Origin: a virus
Virus record (IMG/VR): IMGVR_UViG_3300028840_003320
Direction: 5' to 3' (one strand)
DNA: 47,403 bases
Part shown: positions 17,190 through 22,313 of the stretch, one piece after another
Layout: each line of letters begins with the position of its first letter
Position numbering within the stretch: position 1 is the first letter of the stretch
Translations under genes and position numbers: made by a program
Notes under the pieces: generated by a model
What the model saw: the letters and a program-made list of their open reading frames with translations, nothing else
Told to the model about the DNA's origin: nothing
The model's database searches: none

Positions 17190-17390
17190 TTATCGTGGAT
17201 CGCATAAAGGTTGGTCAAGAATTGGCTGCTCATAGGGCCTCCTATCTTTCCACTCTTGTTGTTTGCCTACATTCCACTGCTGCACCGGGCGCACGTAGCC
17301 AACGATGCGGCTGTAGACCTCACAGGGGATGCACAGCTCAACATGGCCCGCTGCATAGATGGGCTCACCGCCCCAGTAGTAGAGGATCAT
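17190..17390 (-). CDS. Stand-alone NrdD C-terminal (glycyl-radical) domain-like mini-protein
   Basis: In this 66-aa protein, CIPCEVYSRIVGYVRPVQQWNVGKQQEWKDRRPY parallels the class III RNR C-terminus (E. coli NrdD ...RRVCGYLGSPDARPFNAGKQEEVKRRVKH). Confidence 0.6.
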   Translation of the reverse strand: MILYYWGGEPIYAAGHVELCIPCEVYSRIVGYVRPVQQWNVGKQQEWKDRRPYEQPILDQPLCDPR

Positions 17391-17611
17391 AGCCCTTCCT
17401 TTTGCCCATGAACCAATGGGACCATAGGATTACTTGCCTCTCGCCTTGCCGCTTCCGGCACTGCATCAGAAGCAACCATCTCTTTGCACGCCGGGCACCA
17501 GTAGGCCGGATGCATGAGATAGGTCTGCTCTTTCCAAACCAGCTTGACCAGGGCGATATGCTCCGCACAGTAGAGCACACCATCCCGGTATTCGACGTGG
17601 GTGATCATCAC
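17387..17611 (-). CDS. Hypothetical protein (Cys-containing)
   Basis: 74-aa ORF, translationally coupled to its neighbours. Contains a YWCPAC motif. Confidence 0.45.
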   Translation of the reverse strand: MMITHVEYRDGVLYCAEHIALVKLVWKEQTYLMHPAYWCPACKEMVASDAVPEAARREASNPMVPLVHGQKEGL

Positions 17612-17883
17612 TCCTCTCCCTTGATCAGATCAAAGTCAATGCCACTGAAATCATCCTCTTCAAGTGGCAATGTCTCACCACAGAATGGGCAGTATTTGAT
17701 CGGCAGGCCATTGCCGCCCCAGGTCGTGATCGACCAGAAGGGAGCCGCCATAAACTCGGCCACGTTGCCTTCCCACACCTCTACACTGCCCGCCCGGTGC
17801 GGTGGGATCAAGTGCTCTTGCGCCTCGGGGCAACATCTGTGCAGATTAACCAGGTGCAACTCAATCGCTTGTTGGATCAGCAT
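17608..17883 (-). CDS. Hypothetical protein (possible zinc ribbon)
   Basis: 91-aa ORF. HRCCPE...YCPFCG suggests a Cys4 site. Confidence 0.45.
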   Translation of the reverse strand: MLIQQAIELHLVNLHRCCPEAQEHLIPPHRAGSVEVWEGNVAEFMAAPFWSITTWGGNGLPIKYCPFCGETLPLEEDDFSGIDFDLIKGEE

Positions 17884-17884
17884 T

Positions 17885-18037
17885 TCAATATCTCCTCTGT
17901 CTTGTTCGTTTTGTCAGCCGTTTCAAGCGCCGTTCCTGCTTGCGCCGCTTCCGTTCCTCTTTGCCAAACCGGCCTATTGTCCACCCCACACCGAGCCAGA
18001 AGAGGCAAGAGGCAAGTAAAATCTCATAGTCTCTCAT
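17885..18037 (-). CDS. Small membrane protein (50 aa, below the track cutoff)
   Basis: My translation is MRDYEILLASCLFWLGVGWTIGRFGKEERKRRKQERRLKRLTKRTRQRRY*. Its ATG overlaps the upstream TGA (ATGA). It has one TM helix and a highly basic tail. Confidence 0.45.
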   Translation of the reverse strand: MRDYEILLASCLFWLGVGWTIGRFGKEERKRRKQERRLKRLTKRTRQRRY

Positions 18038-18243
18038 TCTATCAACTCCTGCATCTCTGCCAGCGTCTTGCGCAGCGCTTCTAGGTGGAGATCGGCCAAC
18101 TCGAGGCGCGCACGCTCGACCAGCTTTCCGATCCGCTCTCTCTCCCTACAGATCTCGATCATCTGCTCTGGATGCAGAAAGAGCCATTGCCAACCACTGT
18201 GCTGATGCTTCTTCGCCTGTTGGGCAAGGGGGGAAAGATTCAT
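18034..18243 (-). CDS. Hypothetical helical protein
   Basis: The track ORF is 18034..18246; the first ATG is at 18243. The sequence looks coiled-coil-like (ERARLELADLHLEALRKTLAEMQELIE). Confidence 0.45.
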   Translation of the reverse strand: MNLSPLAQQAKKHQHSGWQWLFLHPEQMIEICRERERIGKLVERARLELADLHLEALRKTLAEMQELIE

Positions 18244-18258
18244 CAATCAATCTCTCTT

Positions 18259-18432
18259 TCACGTAAAGACATTCCGCGCCCTTTGTGAGAGAATCAGCCT
18301 CGTTGGCTCTGGCGTGTTGACAATCTGCACCGTCACAGCAATCAGCGGCTTGTCTGAGTAGAGCCAGAGGAACATCGTAGCCGACCAAAGCATCATCAAA
18401 GTACAACAGAGAATGAGCATAGATGTGATCAT
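18259..18432 (-). CDS. Small hydrophobic membrane protein (57 aa, below the track cutoff)
   Basis: My translation is MITSMLILCCTLMMLWSATMFLWLYSDKPLIAVTVQIVNTPEPTRLILSQRARNVFT*. It starts 2 nt after the upstream stop and tiles with its neighbours without long overlaps, unlike the alternative 103-aa track ORF. Confidence 0.4.
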   Translation of the reverse strand: MITSMLILCCTLMMLWSATMFLWLYSDKPLIAVTVQIVNTPEPTRLILSQRARNVFT

Positions 18433-18434
18433 GG

Positions 18435-19205
18435 TCACCCCTCCTGGACCATTCCAAGCCAGCGATCCACCGTCGACGAGCTAGGTGGGTTCAATTCCCG
18501 CTCTGCCAGAAGCACTCCCAGCCGTTCCCGGTCCAATGCGCCGGCACTGCCATTCAATTCTGCACGGATGGCCCGGAAATCCCCGATAGTGGCCGTGGGC
18601 CAGGACCAGCGCGCTTCCAATTGCGCAAGCCTGCTCTCCACTTCTGGCCCATTCTGCACCACTGCCAGACCATTGGCGCGCCGCCAGTCCTCACGCTCTG
18701 CCAGCCAAGTCTCATAGCGATCCTCATAGGAGCCAAACAAGCCGCCGAGCTCGATCATGTCGCCGCCAGTGTCCAGGGAAGCGAACGCACCCACGACGAT
18801 GCAGCCGTAGATGGTGGCGATTCTGGACCATTCCTCTGTCGCACCGAGCAGGGAGGCAAAGCCCATCACCATCCCCACGACAGTCGTCACGATCGAGACG
18901 ATCAAGCTGGTCCAATCCCAAGCCGTCGCCTGCTTCTTGTAAGACTTGCGAAAGACCTCGATCCCACTGCCGATAGACCCGAATGTGCTGCCAATCGCTA
19001 CGCCAAACGAGGCGATCAGGACCATCGGCTTGCGCACCTCGAGGCGAATATTGACGATCTCTGCAAACGCCAGACCAAGCGCAAAGAAGATGCAGGCCCC
19101 CAGCGCGCCAGCCAGGATCGGGAGCAACATGCTATAGGTTCGCCAGTCGCTCCACGGCTCTCTCGGTTCAGGTTTCCAAAACTGCTCTGTCAAATGTGCC
19201 TCCAT
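18435..19205 (-). CDS. Membrane protein (about 4 TM helices plus a soluble C-terminal domain)
   Basis: The internal Met at 19205 (MEAHLTEQFW) is preceded by AAGGGGGGA and follows the upstream stop at 19220. The 5' part of the track ORF (to 19679) overlaps the preceding gene and is probably not translated. Confidence 0.55.
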   Translation of the reverse strand: MEAHLTEQFWKPEPREPWSDWRTYSMLLPILAGALGACIFFALGLAFAEIVNIRLEVRKPMVLIASFGVAIGSTFGSIGSGIEVFRKSYKKQATAWDWTSLIVSIVTTVVGMVMGFASLLGATEEWSRIATIYGCIVVGAFASLDTGGDMIELGGLFGSYEDRYETWLAEREDWRRANGLAVVQNGPEVESRLAQLEARWSWPTATIGDFRAIRAELNGSAGALDRERLGVLLAERELNPPSSSTVDRWLGMVQEG

Positions 19206-19219
19206 TTTGTAATCCCCCC

Positions 19220-19924
19220 TTATGCTACGATTCCGAAAATGGCCCACGTAAACACCAAGTAGACTAGCATTAGTCGACGCTTCTGTAGCAATGGCAGGGC
19301 CATGAGTGCCAATGAGTATGCGCCGATGTAGGGGCTCAGCAGGCAGGATGCTGCTATCATGCCGACCTGGTTGGGATACAGCCAGGCTATAAGCAGCCCA
19401 AAGGGAATGGTCCAGGGCCACATCCGAGCGCCGTTCCACTCGCCGGCAAGAATGGTCCCTGTGTTCCTGGGCGGCCCTGTCAGCAAGGACAAGAGAGTGA
19501 TGGCGATCGCCAAGAGCGCTGGCAGCTTTCGCGGCCCAAAGAGCAAGGCCAAGCCGCCAAGGTGCAGCTTGGAGGTCAACAGCAGTTCCCGTGCCGGTGC
19601 AAATGCCAGGCCCGCCAAGATCATCCATTCCAGATTTCTTGCACCGAACATGCCGATCGTGAACGGACTGAGCATCCAAGCTGCTGTAGCTACGACGTCA
19701 TAGCGGCTGATCGTGAGAGCTGCCCAACTTCCAATCAAGACGGTCAGAGTCAGATAGGCCCAACCAGCTTTGTCCCACCAGAGAGGTAGGAGCATCCAGA
19801 TAGACCAGGGCGGGCAGTATAGCCCCTGATTCAGATAGGGGTTTTGCCCGGTCAGGACGTCGACGATCGCGGGATAGTAGTTGAGCGCCCAGTCCACTCT
19901 ATCAATCTCCTCTCGCAGTTGCAT
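19220..19924 (-). CDS. Polytopic integral membrane protein
   Basis: 234 aa with 6-7 hydrophobic segments. The N-terminal loop DWALNYYPAIVDVLTGQNPY...YCPPW only loosely recalls GT-C/DUF2029 enzymes, and the protein is too short for a confident call. Confidence 0.5.
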   Translation of the reverse strand: MQLREEIDRVDWALNYYPAIVDVLTGQNPYLNQGLYCPPWSIWMLLPLWWDKAGWAYLTLTVLIGSWAALTISRYDVVATAAWMLSPFTIGMFGARNLEWMILAGLAFAPARELLLTSKLHLGGLALLFGPRKLPALLAIAITLLSLLTGPPRNTGTILAGEWNGARMWPWTIPFGLLIAWLYPNQVGMIAASCLLSPYIGAYSLALMALPLLQKRRLMLVYLVFTWAIFGIVA

Positions 19925-20135
19925 TCCACCATGCTTTGATCAATGTGTGGACCTCTCGCCATTCACGCTGTTCCTGTTTTGCTTGCCAAAGTGGGCAGCT
20001 CGGATGATCCGCCGTCGCGCACTCTGGCAACGGGCAGTTCAGGCACGTCTCGATCTCGGCCTGCTGCCCCTCTGTTATGCTAGTTCTGTATCCCCATCCC
20101 CCTACAGATTCCTCACGGTCCCACTCTCCGCCCAT
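19902..20135 (-). CDS. Hypothetical Cys-containing protein
   Basis: 77-aa ORF with CLNCPLPEC...HPSCP. Confidence 0.4.
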   Translation of the reverse strand: MGGEWDREESVGGWGYRTSITEGQQAEIETCLNCPLPECATADHPSCPLWQAKQEQREWREVHTLIKAWWNATARGD

Positions 20136-21115
20136 TATCGTCCGTCCTGCGTCCGTCCGTCCCCCCGTGGGGCCTCTGGACGTGACCTCGACGCGGGGAA
20201 GTGGGGGAGGACTTGGGGGAGAGAATAGCTCGCTTCCTCCAATTCCAGCCCTGCGATCCGTGTGAAGGCTGCCCGGCCGCGATCGGTGATCTCGTATCCT
20301 TGGTGGGCCCCCTTGCTGGCCAGGAGGCGCGCACGGATCGCCGCCCGCCGCCAGGCTGTGAATTCGTCCTCTGTATAGCCATAGGACCGCGCACCGTTGC
20401 CATTCCGCCCGCCTTCGAGGCTCGGAAAGGCCACCCCGCGCACGAGCGCATCACAGAACGCCGCAAGCCCACCTGCATTGCTGGCCGGCGCTTTGAGCGT
20501 GATCCGGTCCTGCCGCCCGCCCCCGCGCTCTCGCTGCTCTGTGAAAGTTAGGTTGATGCTCGGTGGCTCCACGACCGGCGCTTGTGGCTCTGGCGCCCGC
20601 ACCATTTCCTGCACAGTGGTCAGCAGCTTGTCATCGTCGAGCAGGTCTTTGCTGCTGACAAACCAGCAAATGGTTGTTGCGCCAAACCAAATACCCACAC
20701 CAACGAACCATTGCCAGTCCAGTGCATAGCAAACGATTCCCCCTGCCACGCCAATGAGGGCTCCTGACAGCAGAGACCACGCCAGTGGTGGCCAAACGTC
20801 ATCGAGTGATCGGGCACGATAGGTCTTTGCTTCCCGATGCTCGCCAGGTGCCAAAGGCGCTTGGCTCAATGATTCTGAAATTTGCGGTAATGGTTCTTTG
20901 CGCGCCCACTTTGGTTCTGGCTGCAGCGCCACTGCCGGCGCAGTAGTCTCGAAATGGTGCCCCCTGGTTCCCATTTGGCGTTGTCTGACTCCCAATTGCC
21001 GTCTCTTGCCCCCTGCGTGCTGGACCATTGCCGCCACTTGTGGCCCCATTGGCTGGCCACAGGTCGGGCAAGGGACCAGCGCTACCGACTTTTGCCTCCT
21101 CTTTCTCTTTTGCAT
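20135..21115 (-). CDS. Membrane protein with an N-terminal zinc-ribbon-like motif and a C-terminal soluble domain
   Basis: 326 aa. It has CPTCGQPM near the N-terminus, central hydrophobic helices (LAWSLLSGALIGVAGGIVCYAL, WFVGVGIWFGATTICWFV), and a C-terminus of unknown function. Confidence 0.5.
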   Translation of the reverse strand: MQKRKRRQKSVALVPCPTCGQPMGPQVAAMVQHAGGKRRQLGVRQRQMGTRGHHFETTAPAVALQPEPKWARKEPLPQISESLSQAPLAPGEHREAKTYRARSLDDVWPPLAWSLLSGALIGVAGGIVCYALDWQWFVGVGIWFGATTICWFVSSKDLLDDDKLLTTVQEMVRAPEPQAPVVEPPSINLTFTEQRERGGGRQDRITLKAPASNAGGLAAFCDALVRGVAFPSLEGGRNGNGARSYGYTEDEFTAWRRAAIRARLLASKGAHQGYEITDRGRAAFTRIAGLELEEASYSLPQVLPHFPASRSRPEAPRGDGRTQDGR

Positions 21116-21124
21116 GTCCCCCTC

Positions 21125-21328
21125 CTAGTGCTCTGCCATCGTGCCGAGATAGGCAAACGCCAGAATGAGCGCCAGGCCAAACACCACAGCTGCCAGCGCC
21201 CAGCTACGGCCCGCGCATCCGCCCTGCCAGCTCTCGCGGATGATCAGAGCCACGCACACGAACACATAGAGGATCATCACCCCCGCTGCTACAAGTCCTA
21301 TAGTCACCGTTGCCTCCTTTCTACCCAA
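21125..21328 (-). CDS. Small 2-TM membrane protein
   Basis: 67-aa ORF. The start may instead be the GTG at 21307, which overlaps the upstream TGA (GTGA). Confidence 0.45.
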   Translation of the reverse strand: MGRKEATVTIGLVAAGVMILYVFVCVALIIRESWQGGCAGRSWALAAVVFGLALILAFAYLGTMAEH

Positions 21329-21588
21329 CTCGGAATTGCCACTTGCCCGCGCTCAATCTGTGGGATCGTCGCACCATCGCTGGGCTCGAGGTCCACAGCC
21401 AGGCCAACAACCAAGAGCGCTTGCAAGAACCCCGCCCGGTAGAACTGAATCGCATCCTGCTGTCGAATGCTTGCAGCTCCGACTTTCTCCAATAGGTTCA
21501 ATGCTGTGCCTGTTGCCCCCAAGTGAGTAGCCGCCGCCGCGTGCAGGATATTCCCAATATCCCGCCTGAAATAGACGTCCAAACCCAT
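21304..21588 (-). CDS. Hypothetical protein
   Basis: 94-aa ORF with SD AGGAGG upstream (GATAGGAGGCATTTATG). It is the first gene downstream of element E1. Confidence 0.5.
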   Translation of the reverse strand: MGLDVYFRRDIGNILHAAAATHLGATGTALNLLEKVGAASIRQQDAIQFYRAGFLQALLVVGLAVDLEPSDGATIPQIERGQVAIPSWVERRQR

Positions 21589-21655
21589 AAATGCCTCCTA
21601 TCTGTTGAAAAGTGTTGAATCTAGCCCCCAAACAGTTGAATCATGAAGAATGAAG

Positions 21656-21778
21656 TTGACTAGACAGATAGACAGAACTAGACAGTAATTCTCTATTGAA
21701 CCCTACATGAGCGCGTAACTGGTTAATGCGGGAATTACCGTCTTTTTCTGTCTAGTGTCTACTATCTGTCTAGTTGTC
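21656..21778. repeat. Element E1: 55-nt conserved core (21686-21740) flanked by 3x TAGACAG and 3x inverted CTGTCTA/GTGTCTA
   Basis: TAGACAG occurs at 21661, 21669 and 21679. CTGTCTA occurs at 21748 and 21766, and GTGTCTA at 21755. The core is 46/55 identical to 22225-22279. The region is noncoding. Confidence 0.85.
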
Positions 21779-21806
21779 ATGATATTTTGCTCTTCCGGGT
21801 AGTCAA
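21779..21806 (-). promoter_or_regulatory. Sigma70-like promoter candidate reading leftward into E1
   Basis: Minus strand reads TTGACT (21806-21801), a 16-nt spacer, then TATCAT (21784-21779). The -35 element lies inside an 18-mer repeated at 24612-24629. Confidence 0.4.
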
Positions 21807-22039
21807 CTTATCGGAACCCGCCCTGTGCCATTGCACTCATTGCAGCGCCCTGGATTATCTGCACAAAAGTCGCACAGTCCAGAGTCATCGCATTCTGAAC
21901 AGCCATCGCCCTCACAGTTCTGACAGTCACCCGTGCCATCGCACTCGGGGCACTCTCCTGTGCCGTCGCAGTTTGTGCATACCGCCATCGGAGCTGGACC
22001 GAGTCCAGTGTCATCAAACAATATCACGTTGCGTCCCAT
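21803..22039 (-). CDS. DnaJ-type zinc-finger protein (CxxCxGxG repeats only)
   Basis: The 78-aa protein contains CTNCDGTG, CPECDGTG, CQNCEGDG, CSECDDSG and CNECNGTG. This is the signature repeat of the DnaJ cysteine-rich domain. Confidence 0.75.
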   Translation of the reverse strand: MGRNVILFDDTGLGPAPMAVCTNCDGTGECPECDGTGDCQNCEGDGCSECDDSGLCDFCADNPGRCNECNGTGRVPIS

Positions 22040-22200
22040 TTTGTTTACCTCCGCGTATCCACAATATCAGAGTCAGGGTTCATGCCAATTTCACCCCATA
22101 CGCTCCACGGACCTGCCGCCCAAGACCATGATCATACTTGCGTTGTCCAGCATCGATCCCTTTCCGCTTCAGCTCCATACTGAGCGATCTCTTGTGCTAA

Positions 22201-22313
22201 GGTACCGGTACCAGAAGGTACCACTAATTCTCCATTAAACCCTACATGAACGCCAAACTGGTTAAAGTAGAAATTACCGGTACTTATCGGTACCGGTACC
22301 CTTATCGGTACCC
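22201..22313. repeat. Element E2: 55-nt conserved core (22225-22279) flanked by clustered GGTACC hexamers
   Basis: GGTACC occurs at 22201, 22207, 22217, 22289, 22295 and 22308, with GGTACT at 22279. The core is paralogous to E1. The element begins at the primase-helicase stop codon. Confidence 0.85.

Noticed and set aside
18146-18457. 103-aa track ORF
   Set aside because: It overlaps the upstream gene by 23 nt and the downstream ORF (18034..18243) by about 100 nt. A 57-aa hydrophobic ORF in another frame (18259..18432) tiles cleanly between its neighbours. Either could be real; I favoured the tiling solution with low confidence.
19206-19679. N-terminal 158 codons of track ORF 18435..19679
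   Set aside because: This segment lies entirely inside the 19220..19924 polytopic membrane gene in another frame. A Met with a strong G-rich SD occurs at 19205, just after that gene's stop.
19220-19924. Calling the 234-aa polytopic membrane protein a GT-C glycosyltransferase
   Set aside because: Only a short N-terminal loop motif (D..YY......G.NPY....Y.PP) resembles DUF2029/GT87 enzymes. The protein is roughly half the usual GT-C length and lacks a TM helix before the motif. It is kept as a hypothetical membrane protein.
22075-22200. Possible tRNA-like structure upstream of the zinc-finger gene leader, by analogy with the tRNA-Thr preceding the paralogous leader
   Set aside because: A D-arm-like GCTCAGTATGGAGC is present. 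No complementary acceptor strands, anticodon arm or T-loop (GTTCRANNC) could be built.
21686-22279. E1/E2 cores as a mini CRISPR array, solitary CRISPR repeats, or a hammerhead-type ribozyme
   Set aside because: There are only two copies, 539 nt apart, with a protein gene between them. This is not repeat-spacer periodicity. The hammerhead core (CUGAUGA...GAAA) is not present; CAUGAGCGCGUAAC only resembles it superficially. I could not fit any other ribozyme consensus by eye.
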